From the NCBI GenBank assembly GCA_963827275.1, contig CAWHAA010000004.1, positions 1 through 64,000 on the forward strand: DNA of 64,000 nucleotides. Direction: 5' to 3'. This DNA is from an uncultured Spirochaetota bacterium (lineage in GTDB: Bacteria > Spirochaetota > UBA4802 > UBA5550). The position numbers and the translations under genes are program-made. Positions 1-10,700 of this stretch are shown here, one piece after another (positions within the stretch are counted from its first letter, which is position 1; the number at the start of each line of letters is the position of its first letter). The notes under the pieces were generated by a model. It was not told the DNA's origin, searched no databases, and worked only from the letters and a program-made list of their open reading frames with translations.

Positions 1-39
1 TTCGTAGTCCGGCGCTCTATCCAACTGAGCTACGGACGC
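1..39 (-). tRNA. tRNA-Arg (ACG), 3' half cut off by the window edge
   Basis: Reverse complement reads GCGTCCGTAGCTCAGTTGGATAGAGCGCCGGACTACGAA: acceptor 5' strand, D-arm and anticodon loop CT-ACG-AA. Confidence 0.93.
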
Positions 40-43
40 GTGT

Positions 44-72
44 TGTATATGATCAACATCCTCCCCGGTCAA
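44..72 (-). promoter_or_regulatory. Putative sigma70 promoter for tRNA-Arg
   Basis: Minus strand TTGACC-17 nt-TATACA, just upstream of the tRNA 5' end. Confidence 0.4.
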
Positions 73-98
73 CGGGAAGAATGCGCCATGCCGTGCAT

Positions 99-539
99 TC
101 AGACATCCAGCCGTTTCGCGTACCCGGATATCACGGGAAAATCGTACACTGCCTTTTCCTTCATCTTTATGAACCCCCACGCGCACAGGGCGAAATAGGC
201 CAGGTGCGAGAGGTAGACCAGGATGACGGCGGTCAGCTTCACCCCGCGGTACGAAATCGGGATGAATACCGTTGAGAACGTAAGCGCTATCGGCGCCGCG
301 GTGAAGACGATCGCCATGATCAGCGCCTGCTTCCCGTGGTGCATCGCAAAGGCATCGTTCTTTCGTGCGATAAACGGGTACAGCCAGCCGACAAACGGAA
401 AATAGGTGAGCCATAACAGGTCCATCATTGTTGCCCTGTCGCGGCACCACCGGATCCCCCTCATGGCGGCCGGAATGACCGTCTTGACGAATATCTCGAT
501 GATCTCGTCTGTTTTCGCCTTTACGCTCGTCATGTTCAT
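99..539 (-). CDS. Small membrane protein, DUF4870-like
   Basis: 146 aa with three hydrophobic segments and the pattern LTYFPFVGWL...FAMHHGKQAL...YDFPVIS typical of DUF4870/Tic20-like proteins. Confidence 0.7.
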   Translation of the reverse strand: MNMTSVKAKTDEIIEIFVKTVIPAAMRGIRWCRDRATMMDLLWLTYFPFVGWLYPFIARKNDAFAMHHGKQALIMAIVFTAAPIALTFSTVFIPISYRGVKLTAVILVYLSHLAYFALCAWGFIKMKEKAVYDFPVISGYAKRLDV

Positions 540-540
540 T

Positions 541-627
541 CGGAGAAGGAGGGATTCGAACCCTCGGTACCGTTACCAGTACAACGGTTTAGCAAACCGT
601 CCCCTTCGGCCTCTCGGGCACCTCTCC
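541..627 (-). tRNA. tRNA-Ser (GCT)
   Basis: GGAGAGGTGCCCGAGAGGCCGAAGGGGACGGT-TTGCTAA-ACCGT, long variable arm, GGTTCGAATCC T-arm, discriminator G, no encoded CCA. Confidence 0.97.
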
Positions 628-671
628 ATTGAGAGGAGCGCAACTGGTTGTGCGCCTCTCAATAATAACCT

Positions 672-756
672 CGGAGAGTGAGGGATTCGAACCCCCGGTA
701 CCTTGCGGTACAACGGTTTTCAAGACCGCCTCCATCGGCCACTCGGACAACTCTCC
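672..756 (-). tRNA. tRNA-Ser (TGA)
   Basis: GGAGAGTTGTCCGAGTGGCCGATGGAGGCGGT-CTTGAAA-ACCGT, long variable arm, GGTTCGAATCC T-arm, no encoded CCA. Confidence 0.97.
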
Positions 757-762
757 GGAGCA

Positions 763-790
763 AACGTATTAAAGGGTGACTGAATGTCAA
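763..790 (-). promoter_or_regulatory. Putative sigma70 promoter of the tRNA-Ser pair
   Basis: Minus strand TTGACA-16 nt-TACGTT with a T-rich upstream element, ending about 6 nt before the tRNA. Confidence 0.45.
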
Positions 791-822
791 ATAAAAAAGA
801 TGCCGCCGGATCTGCTATCTTC

Positions 823-1506
823 TTAAATATCTATATACATGCCGAATTTCAGGGTGATTTCGCCTGCGACGGGGAGCGGCGTGTATCGGCACCAGACTAC
901 CGACAGCGTGCGGCGCGTCAGCATGACATCCAGCGCGAGGCAGGGCTCGATATACAGGTTTTTGTAAAATTTCCAGATATAGCCGCCCTCGATCGAAACG
1001 AAGGGCCTGACCACCGTGGCCGAATCATTGAAATAGCGGTGGCTCACGCTATCCTGCCACATGCCGATCCCGGCTCCCACGATGAAGCCGTCAAAGTGCG
1101 CGCCGAACGCGTACTCGAAGGTCAGGGAGAAGGCATTGACGTTGTTCCTTTTGAAATACCGCGTGGCGACGCAATCGTTGGGAATGCGGAAATGAGCGAT
1201 ATCGAGCCGTATCTTGACATTGTCCACGCCGAACCATGGCTGCAGGGAGAGCCCGAATTCCCTGTCAACCGCGCTCAGCACGGTCGGAAACGGGTCGATG
1301 TTGACGCCGAGGGCCATGCGGTGCGTACGGTGCGGCGCGGTTGACTCGTCGATGCCCCTGCCGGCCGGCGCTTCTTCGACCACTTCATAGGGGATGCGCT
1401 GCTTCCGTTCCTCCTGCGCGAAGGCGCCGGGAGCGGGCATGGCCGGGACCATCAGGCAGGCCAGGGCCGCCGCGATAAAAGGGCTGGTATGTTTCATGAT
1501 CTGCAT
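823..1506 (-). CDS. Exported, probable outer-membrane beta-barrel protein (start may be 1497)
   Basis: Signal peptide ending AFA-Q; alternating amphipathic beta strands such as VSIEGGYIWKF and the terminal LKFGMYIDI. Confidence 0.65.
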   Translation of the reverse strand: MQIMKHTSPFIAAALACLMVPAMPAPGAFAQEERKQRIPYEVVEEAPAGRGIDESTAPHRTHRMALGVNIDPFPTVLSAVDREFGLSLQPWFGVDNVKIRLDIAHFRIPNDCVATRYFKRNNVNAFSLTFEYAFGAHFDGFIVGAGIGMWQDSVSHRYFNDSATVVRPFVSIEGGYIWKFYKNLYIEPCLALDVMLTRRTLSVVWCRYTPLPVAGEITLKFGMYIDI

Positions 1507-1637
1507 CGGTATAGCGCGCTTTCCGGGACCGGTACGTTCTGTCTCACACGGCAGGTGGCAGTATGGGGCGGCAATTCGTTTTTTTCAACTCATTTATTTT
1601 ACGGCAGGGCACGCCCGGCCCGTTCCCGCACGGCTCC

Positions 1638-2576
1638 TCACCGCGGGTAGAGCGCGGAAAACAGCGCGAGCATGAGGGGCACGCTTGCCAGCGAGAAGAG
1701 AAAGCTCGATACCATGAACTGGTTCACGATGTTTCTGTTGCCTCCCGCGCGCTCCGTTATGATGGGGATGGCGGTCACCGGCGGGACCGATGCCTGCAGC
1801 ATGATGATCAGGGCCACGCCCTGCGGCGGCCGTATGAGAATGATCGCCCCCAGCGCGGCGAGCGGGAAGACCAGGTTTTTCATGACCACGAATTTTATGT
1901 TTTCGGCATAGGCCGGCGCTCCCGCCCCCCTGAGGTCCGCGTGGATGTTGCCGCCGAGCACCAGCATGAGCAGGGGGATGGTCATCGCGCCCACCATGCG
2001 GACGCTCTCGGACACGAACCGCGGAATACAGGCGTCCAGCCCGGCATAGCGGACCAGCACGGCAAGGACGGTGGCGACCAGCACCGGGGTGAAGACCCTG
2101 GCCGGGTCGATTTTCAGGCCCTTGCTGAAAAAAAGCGGCGAGAAATTGAAGAAGAACGCGGGATAGAAAATCGTGAACAGGAACAGCTCCACCAGAAGGG
2201 GCGACCCGGCGCCGTGCGTCTCGGCGATGATCGCCAGCGGGAAGAAGATCGCGTTCTGGAAAAGAAGGCTGACGCGGAATTCCCTCCGGGTCTCTTTCGC
2301 GGAGACGGCGGAGCAGCAGAACGCCATCGCGGTAAAGAGCGCGGTCATGCCGAGCCACCAGAGAGGGAGGGCCCACCACCCGGTGTTTTTCTCCGGATGG
2401 AAGTTTGCCAGTATGCCGGAGAAGGTCAGGCAGGGCAGGGCGATGTCGATCGCGAGCACCGAGAGCGAGCCGAGGACCGGCCCGGACACCACGCGCCTCG
2501 CGAGCAGCCAGTAGCCGAGGAACCCGATGGCGAGGAGCATCGCCACCGCGGTAAAAGTCGTGGTGAACACCTGCAT
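1638..2576 (-). CDS. AEC (auxin efflux carrier) family transporter
   Basis: 312 aa, about 10 TM segments, motifs IALPCL, QNAIFFPLAI, GAMTIPLLMLVLG, KNLVFP, QASVPP. Confidence 0.88.
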   Translation of the reverse strand: MQVFTTTFTAVAMLLAIGFLGYWLLARRVVSGPVLGSLSVLAIDIALPCLTFSGILANFHPEKNTGWWALPLWWLGMTALFTAMAFCCSAVSAKETRREFRVSLLFQNAIFFPLAIIAETHGAGSPLLVELFLFTIFYPAFFFNFSPLFFSKGLKIDPARVFTPVLVATVLAVLVRYAGLDACIPRFVSESVRMVGAMTIPLLMLVLGGNIHADLRGAGAPAYAENIKFVVMKNLVFPLAALGAIILIRPPQGVALIIMLQASVPPVTAIPIITERAGGNRNIVNQFMVSSFLFSLASVPLMLALFSALYPR

Positions 2577-2617
2577 GCGGAGAGGATACCGCGCCGGCCC
2601 GTTTCTACAAGCAGATT

Positions 2618-3367
2618 TTATTCCGCGGATGATTTTACCAGGTCGTTGATTACGAGCCCGGCGAGCATGAACCCGAAGGTCCCGGTGACGTGCACGAGGG
2701 AGCCGTTGGTCCGCTTGTTCGCGCCGCAGCGCCCTTCCCCGGACCCGGGCGTTTCAACGGACTCCCCGATGGGCGGCTCCTCGCTGTACACGCAGGGGAA
2801 GTCGGCCTCGATGTTGCTTTCCCGCAGGCGCCGCCGCACGGTCCGCGCCAGGGGGCAGCCTCTGGTCTTTGAGAGGCGGTCAATGCGTATCCGCGTCGGG
2901 TCGGTTTTCGCGGCGGCCCCCATGGACGAATAGAGCTTCACCTGTGCCGACAGGCACTCCCCGATGAGGAGGACCTTGTCAGGCACGGAATCGATCGCGT
3001 CGATGACGCAGTCGTAGGAGCGCAGGTCGAACTCCCGCATGCTGGCCTCGCCGTAGGCGAGGCGGCGCGCGGTGATTGCCGCTGAGGGATTTATCGCCAG
3101 GAGGCGCGCGCGCATCTCTTCCGCTTTCGGCGCGCCGATGTTCCCCGCCGTTGCCTCAGCCTGGCGGTTGATGTTGGTGGGGCATACCGCGTCGGGGTCA
3201 ACGATCGTGAGGTCGGCGCACCCGGTGCGCACCAGGGCCTCCGCGCACCAGCTCCCGACTCCGCCGACGCCGAAGATGATGATGCGGGCGGACCGCAGCC
3301 GGCCGAGGGCCGCTTCGCCGATAGCCATCCTCGTCCGGTCGGTCATGGTTTCATAAAAATTGTCCAT
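2618..3367 (-). CDS. tcdA: tRNA threonylcarbamoyladenosine dehydratase (ThiF family)
   Basis: GVGGVGSWCAEALVRTG, TNINRQ, DAID, SSMGAAAKTDPT, CPLARTVR, VYSEE, GSLVHVTGTFG. Confidence 0.9.
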   Translation of the reverse strand: MDNFYETMTDRTRMAIGEAALGRLRSARIIIFGVGGVGSWCAEALVRTGCADLTIVDPDAVCPTNINRQAEATAGNIGAPKAEEMRARLLAINPSAAITARRLAYGEASMREFDLRSYDCVIDAIDSVPDKVLLIGECLSAQVKLYSSMGAAAKTDPTRIRIDRLSKTRGCPLARTVRRRLRESNIEADFPCVYSEEPPIGESVETPGSGEGRCGANKRTNGSLVHVTGTFGFMLAGLVINDLVKSSAE

Positions 3368-3493
3368 CCCGGTTGTCCCTTACAAAAGAAGAGAAATTCG
3401 TTTTTTGATGTATGTCAATACTATTTTGCGATATGCCCCCGGGCCGAGGAATTTGAATTGACGTAATATCCCTTTCATGTTCTAACCATCGTA

Positions 3494-4015
3494 ATGAAAA
3501 ACATGGTCCGCCTTATTGTCGCGCTTGCCTTCGCCGCCGGCCTCTTCTCCGGCGACCTGGAGGCGCGGAAGAAGCAGCGGGACACCGCCGGGTATATATC
3601 CGCAGACGAGGTCCGGGAGCTCGAAGCCGCGGGCCATCTCGCGCCTGGCGGGAAGGACGCGTGGACAACCAGGGGCGGCCTGGTCATCGCCGGCCGCGAC
3701 CAGGACGGCAGGACGCGGCTTTCGCACATCATGCGCCACGCGAAGGACAGCCCCGGCAGGCCGAAGCACGGCGTGTTTTCACTGCCGAAAGCGGGCATCA
3801 TCGGGCTTATGGACGAAGCGTGGGCGGAGATAAAAGCGGGGAACGCTGAATCGAGGGAGCGGGGCGGCAGGGTCGCCTACACGGTGCGCTTCAGGAGGCA
3901 GGTCGGCTACCTCGGCGGGAAGGAGGGCAGGACCAGGGGTTACCCGAAGCTCAGGGCGGTGCTGCTGGTCATTAAAAAAGGGACGAACCGGGTGATAACC
4001 TTTTTCCCGGTATAG
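3494..4015 (+). CDS. Secreted hypothetical protein with RNase-toxin-like C-terminus
   Basis: Signal peptide ending LEA-R; basic mature region with HIMRH...KHGVF and the C-terminal VITFFPV. Confidence 0.6.
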   Translation: MKNMVRLIVALAFAAGLFSGDLEARKKQRDTAGYISADEVRELEAAGHLAPGGKDAWTTRGGLVIAGRDQDGRTRLSHIMRHAKDSPGRPKHGVFSLPKAGIIGLMDEAWAEIKAGNAESRERGGRVAYTVRFRRQVGYLGGKEGRTRGYPKLRAVLLVIKKGTNRVITFFPV

Positions 4016-4053
4016 GGCGGGCGGCGGCCCGTACATGACATGGAGTTGAATGA

Positions 4054-4242
4054 ATGAAAGAAAAGGAAGCGCTCATCTGTCCCTTCTGCGAGGAAGGGGA
4101 GCTGGTAAAGGTCACATGCGGTAAATGCGGAAAGGCCTTTCTCCGCTGCGATGAATGCGGGTCCATTTACCGGGACAAGGATTCGCTCGGCGAGGAATAT
4201 AGCACTGAATGCCCGCACTGCGGCGCGAGCCTGGAGGAGTGA
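4054..4242 (+). CDS. Small double zinc-ribbon protein
   Basis: 62 aa with four CxxC pairs (CPFC, CGKC, CDEC, CPHC); GGAG ribosome-binding site upstream. Confidence 0.75.
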   Translation: MKEKEALICPFCEEGELVKVTCGKCGKAFLRCDECGSIYRDKDSLGEEYSTECPHCGASLEE

Positions 4243-4333
4243 ATAAAAACGTTGATTTTTCCGGGCCAGGCCAGTATCATTAATACGGGCAATTGGACAT
4301 ATCAAACATTTAGAAAGAGAGGGGGGTTGTGAC

Positions 4334-4857
4334 ATGCCAGTAAAACATTCTAACAATTTCATGCGTTGTATCATACTGCCGCTGGCGGTGTGCGCCATGA
4401 TGTTCAGTGCCCGGTGCAGTGACGATGGCAGTGAGGAGCTCACCCAGCAGGCGCTGTTGAGCCTTGTCAGCTGCAAGGGGGGGACGATGAGCTTTACCAT
4501 TGATGGAGCTCCCAGAACATGGACGTGCTGCACCGCTTTAAAATTTCCGGAACGAACTGGGTAATTACCGGCTCAAACGGGAACGAATTGCTGCAACTTA
4601 AGATAAGCAATGAAATAGCGGCTACCTATAATGCCAGCACCATCGCGAGTCATGAATATATTGAATATGGTACGCTGGGTGATGCCTGGAAAGGAGTGAC
4701 TGATCCTTATTATACTTCCGGCTCATCAAGCACTATCGTTACATCATCGCCAAATTCGGTGAATATTGAGGGAACATTTTCCGGGGATTTATATTATTAT
4801 GATGGTGTCAAATCGCATCGTGTAATTGCTGGCGGCACATTTACCGCGCTGAAGTAA
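4334..4857 (+). CDS. Putative lipoprotein split by a -1 frameshift near 4537-4543
   Basis: Signal peptide with lipobox-like FSAR-C in 4334..4564 runs logically into 4519..4857 (..TCCTA|FKISGTNW..). The 3' part is AT-rich. Confidence 0.6.
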
Positions 4858-4881
4858 TTTTTGTACCAATAATCGTAACAG

Positions 4882-4909
4882 AAAGGGGCTGTGAACCAGC
4901 CCCTTTTTT
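4882..4909 (+). terminator. Rho-independent terminator
   Basis: AAAGGGGCTG-tgaac-CAGCCCCTTT followed by further Ts. Confidence 0.85.
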
Positions 4910-4924
4910 ATTTCACGACTCCCC

Positions 4925-4968
4925 CGCCTCTGATAGGGTGGGGATTAATCCCCACCCTATCAGAGGCG
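4925..4968. repeat. 44-bp perfect palindrome
   Basis: CGCCTCTGATAGGGTGGGGATT|AATCCCCACCCTATCAGAGGCG, 22+22 with no spacer. Confidence 0.95.
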
Positions 4969-4969
4969 C

Positions 4970-5834
<865 letters not shown>

Positions 5835-5961
5835 GACCGGCCCTCCGTCGCAGGGGATCCGCGGGCAGCGCCGCCGCCGTCCCGCCTGATGTGCGATACC
5901 ACTATTTTCTTCTTGATAAAATTTAATCAATACAAAAACCTGTATGCATCGAATAATTGAG

Positions 5962-7558
5962 ATGACAGCGCCAGGTACAGAAACCAGGGACCGGGCCGGG
6001 ACGCGGTGGCACGCCTTCCTGGTCGCGGCCGGCATTTTGCTCAGCCGCATCGCCGGGCTCGTCCGGGTGAGCGTGTTCGCCTACTTCTTCGGCAACAGCG
6101 CGTCCGCGGACGCGTTCAACGCGGCCTTCCGGATCCCGAACTTCCTCCAGAACCTCTTCGGCGAGGGGGTCCTCTCCGCTTCCTTCATCCCGGTGTACGC
6201 GAACCTCGTGGCGCGCGGCGAGAAGGAGGAGGCGCGCCGCGTCGCCGGCGCCGTGGCGGCCCTGCTGATGCTCGTGACCTCGGTGCTGGTGCTGGCCGGC
6301 GTGTTCCTGACCCCCTGGCTCATCTACGCCATCGCCCCCGGGTTCACGGGGAGCAAGCGGGAGCTGACCGTCCTCCTGGTGAGGATACTCTTCCCCGGCG
6401 CGGGCCTCCTCGTCTGGTCGGCGTGGTGCCTCGGAATACTGAACAGCCACGGGAAGTTCTTTCTCTCCTATACCGCGCCGGTGGTGTGGAACGCGGCCAT
6501 CATCCTTGCCCTGGCAATCTTCGGCGGGAGCGTGGACCAGTCCTCCCTGGCGGTGTGGGTCGCGGTCGGGTCAGTCGCCGGGAGCGCGCTCCAGATCCTG
6601 ATACAGCTCCCCTCCGTGCTCGGGTTCCTGGGCAGGCTGAAGCTCTCGCTCGACCACCGGGGCCCGCACGTGCGCACGGTGATAAAAAACTTTGTGCCGG
6701 CGTTCCTGGGCCGCGGCGTGGTGCAGATCAGCGCGTACGTGGACCAGATCCTGGCGAGCTTTCTCGCCAGCGGAGCGGTCGCCGGCCTGAGCTACGCGCA
6801 GACCCTCTACACACTGCCGGTCAGCCTCTTCGGCATGTCTGTGTCCGCTGCGGAGCTGCCGGCCATGTCGAAGGAGGTGGGGAGCGACGCCGAGGTGGCG
6901 GAACAGCTCCGGAAGCGGCTGAACGGCGGGCCTGCGGCGGATCGCGTTTTTCATCGTGCCGTCCGCGGTCGCGTTCCTCGCCCTCGGCGACATCGTGGCG
7001 GCGCCCATTTACCAGCGCGGGAACTTCACCGCGGCGGACACCGTGTACGTCTGGAGCATCCTGGCCGGGTCGGCCGTGGGGCTCCTGGCATCGACCCTGG
7101 GGCGGCTGTATTCCTCGGCGTTTTACGCCCTGCGCGACACGCGCACGCCGCTGAAGTTCGCGATGCTGCGGGTCGGTCTCGCCGCCTTTCTCGGGTACCT
7201 GCTCTCGCAGCATGCGCCGGCGCTCATCGGCATCGATTCAAAATGGGGCGCCGCGGGGATCACCGCCGCTTCGGGGCTGTGCGGCTGGATAGAGTTTGTC
7301 CTGCTCCGCCGCGGCATGAACCGGCGCATCGGTGCCAGCGGCCTTGCCCTGTCCTACACCGTGAAGCTCTGGATCGCGGCGGGCGCCGGCGCGGCGGCGG
7401 CATGGGCGGTGAAGACCGCCACACCCGGGGTGCACCCGGTCCTCCGGGCCCTGCTGGCGCTCGGGCCGTACGGCATCGTGTACTTCGCCATGGCCTTCTT
7501 CATGAAGCTGCCTGAAGTGCGCTTCCTCGGGCGGTTCATCCCGTTCCTGCGAAAATAA
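5962..7558 (+). CDS. murJ: Lipid II flippase MurJ (MviN), with a +1 frameshift near 6929
   Basis: [42 protein letters not shown]; continues in 6956..7558 ([18 protein letters not shown]). Extra G in GGCGGGCCTG. Confidence 0.92.
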
Positions 7559-7682
7559 TGCGAAGGATCATTATCGATGATTATTTGTATTAAAAAATTT
7601 CTGAAAAATCGTGATTTATAAATTATTATGACTGAAACGTCAGTTTTTTTCATTCCAGCTATGCGAATAATAATAAATTAAT

Positions 7683-7711
7683 TTGAAATACAATTTAAAA
7701 TATGATATATT
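7683..7711 (+). promoter_or_regulatory. Sigma70 promoter with extended -10 for the giant lipoprotein
   Basis: TTGAAA-17 nt-TATATT with TG directly before the -10 box, in a very AT-rich intergenic region. Confidence 0.65.
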
Positions 7712-7729
7712 TTTAAGGAGGAAGAGAAT

Positions 7730-7757
7730 TTTATAAACCGTCCAGACGGTTTTTAAA
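7730..7757. promoter_or_regulatory. Operator-like palindrome in the 5' leader
   Basis: TTTAtAAACCGTC-CA-GACGGTTTtTAAA between the promoter and the ribosome-binding site. Confidence 0.5.
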
Positions 7758-7785
7758 TATTTCTATTCAGGGGGGAGTTACGGTA

Positions 7786-10700
7786 ATGAAGAAGTTTTCA
7801 GTCCTTTTATCGATGGTGTCCCTGTTGCTGGCGCTCTTTTCCGGCTGTTCCAGTGAGAAATTTCCTGAATTCCAGACCAATGACGAGCCTGCGCCATTTG
7901 ACCTGTTGAATCTGTTCGCCGGGTATCCGGTACTCGATGCCGCCTGGGACAGCGTGCCTGGCGGAACGGGAAACCAGAAGCTGGCAGCGATGATGCAGAG
8001 CGATATTCCCGGGACCGCTGAGTTCATGTACATCCTTTCCTATCTTATGGAGCGGGCGGTCGCTCCGGGCCTTGACCTGCTGGATGACATCAAGGCCTCG
8101 CTCGCGTTCGTTACGGACGATACGGAGCGTTTCTACGGGAACAACCAGAAGGGGACGCCCTACGCGATTAATTCGTTTTACGGCGACAACAACGCGCCGA
8201 CCTATCTGGAGGATTTTTACGGGTTCCTCGATACGGTTGCGGAAGCTGTGCCGGGCAATAACAATAAAATCGGAGTGGGCGTGATCGGAATCATGAACAG
8301 GGCGGTGCACTACCTGCTCAACGAAAAAACGGACGCGGAGCTCGACGACTTCATGGTCGACCTGGTGGAGACACTTACGGTCACCGATGATGATCCCGCA
8401 GACGGGGAGTTGGACTTCAAAGCGGATTTCCTCGATCTTGCCGAGTTTCTCTCCACCCCGGTGGCGATGGCTGATTTTCCCATGTTTATAACAGAAGGCG
8501 CTGTCCCCGGCGAGGACACGCTTATCACTGATATTCCCTCCATGCCGGGCGGCACTGATTCAGACCTCGGCAACATGGCAAAGGGACTGGCCTCGCTGAT
8601 GAACGGGTTTCTCTCCATGCTCCACGGCGAATCCCTGGACAGGGAGGGGATGTATGACCTGATCGGGAACCTTGACGCCGCGCTCGCTGACCCGGATGTC
8701 ACGCAGCGGCTTATCTGGAACATGGCCAACTATTTTACCGCGGGCGGCTCAGTGTACGGGGCCGCGGTCAATACCACGAACACGAATGTCAACGCCAACC
8801 AGTACAATACGGACAACGATCCCACCGCGGGCCTTTACTCCAACGTGGAATTAAAAGAGAACCTTTCCCAGCTCCTGACCGGCGCATCGGGACTCTTCCT
8901 CCGCGACGACCGGCGGTCATCCATGGTCTGGTACAACGGCACAACCTCGCAGGACTATCCCCTCGCGTCACTGCTGAAGAACGTAAAGAATATCTACATG
9001 GACTGGGACAACGCCCAGATACAGGAATCGGTCTATGACCTGATCCGCTTTGACGCGCTTGGCCGCGACCGCACGATCGCGGGCTCCTATTCGGCCAGCA
9101 TGCTTGAGCACCTGCTGTATCTCGGTGCCATTGCCGGCAACACGGGATGGTCTCATTTGGCGGATGCAAATGAAATTGAAGATTCAAATATTTTCTCCAG
9201 CAATACAAAAGAAGATTCAGCACGGCGTCACGGGCATGGTGAATTCCAGGGCTACCTGACCCTGAATGATTCATTGTTTTCTATCATGGGTGCGCGTGAT
9301 TCGCTTGCCAGTTTGGGCACCTACGAACTCCTGTTTGACGGTAGTGGGGTCATCAAGGGGGTAGATCAGGTATTCAGAAGAAGGACATCTTTCAATGGGG
9401 CTACTGCGGATCGGGACAACTACAAATTCAGATACACCTGGAACTACCCGGCCCTGCAGTTTTTAAGCGGGGCGTGTGTGGGCGATTTCGGCGTCAGCAC
9501 CGAAGGCTCGCTCCACGGTGGGAATGATGATGGGGGTCTCGGTAATGACCAGTATATTCCCTATTCGGCCAACGGCATATACACAAAGGACCTGGCCTCC
9601 TGGACCTTTTCCTGGGTAATACGCGCGTGCTGGGAGGGAGAGGGGCCCTATTACGCGACCCAGGGCGCGACCCGGTCCGGGAACGAATACACATACAAGC
9701 GGCCTGACGGGTCAGTGTATGCCACGGTTGTCAAGACTGATCCTGGTGACGCTTCTACATGGACGTATACCTACCCGGTAAGCGCATCCTATGATAAAGC
9801 CGATCCGGATGACGCGACCCTGAGGTGGAATAGGTATAAAGCGGCCTGGAACACCGATTATTTCATGATTAGAAGCCTCGCTGGGACCAACTATGTACCG
9901 AAGGACAGTACCGGCGATACCAGGCCTGATACCTCTACGAATCCCGGGTATCGGTCTTATACTGAAATGATTCCCGAGAAGAGCGCAGCCAGGGAATGCG
10001 CCTCGCAGGAAGAGGCCTTGTTCCGCAACTTTCAGTGGGTCATGAACGAGAAGAGGTTCGCCATGATCATTCCCCTCTGGCTGAGAAATACTGGCGGTCT
10101 TGGCGGGAGCATAGAATCCGCTGCATACCAGATAATTGAAGGAAACGGCATACACGGCCTGTCGGCGGCGCGTATCATGAGGGATAATGGCGTATGGGCG
10201 AAATATAATCAGGGCAGTACCGCTGATTCTTCGGTCATGTCTCAGGTGCCCGGCGATTACAGGATAATCATTCTCTCAGAGGAGATCCAGACCGGAACCT
10301 GCGGCCTCGGTGCCGTTGACGCGGACAAGATACTGAGCCTTCTCGGCAATGGAGCAGCCACCCCCGCTACCATCGGGCACAATATAACCGCTATATCGCG
10401 GTTCGGGTTCCCCCGGAGCTCGCTGGTGACCAGCGGGACCAATTACGAGCACCGGCTCCTCGGGTCAAGAAACGTGGGTACTGCGAACCAGGACTACGGC
10501 TTTCAGCTCAACGACGGCGACTGGACAAAGAGAAACTCGCTGCTCCCGCTCTTTATCGCGCTCCTGGCACCGCTGCGGGAGAGATCGTATGTAGCGGATC
10601 CCTTTAATGTTTCGGCAAACAGGAACGCGCTCGCGCAGACGCTCGAGGGCCTGGGCGCACTGGTGAAGCCGTGGACCTTCTTTAACTACAACTGCGATTC

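Noticed and set aside
1563..2933. 456-aa plus-strand ORF
   Set aside because: Antisense shadow of the AEC transporter and tcdA; such shadows are expected at high GC and it has no recognisable motifs.
4925..4968. Palindrome as a telomere resolvase (protelomerase) site
   Set aside because: No resolvase gene in the window, flanks are ordinary chromosomal genes, and the GC-rich sequence does not resemble Borrelia telomeres.
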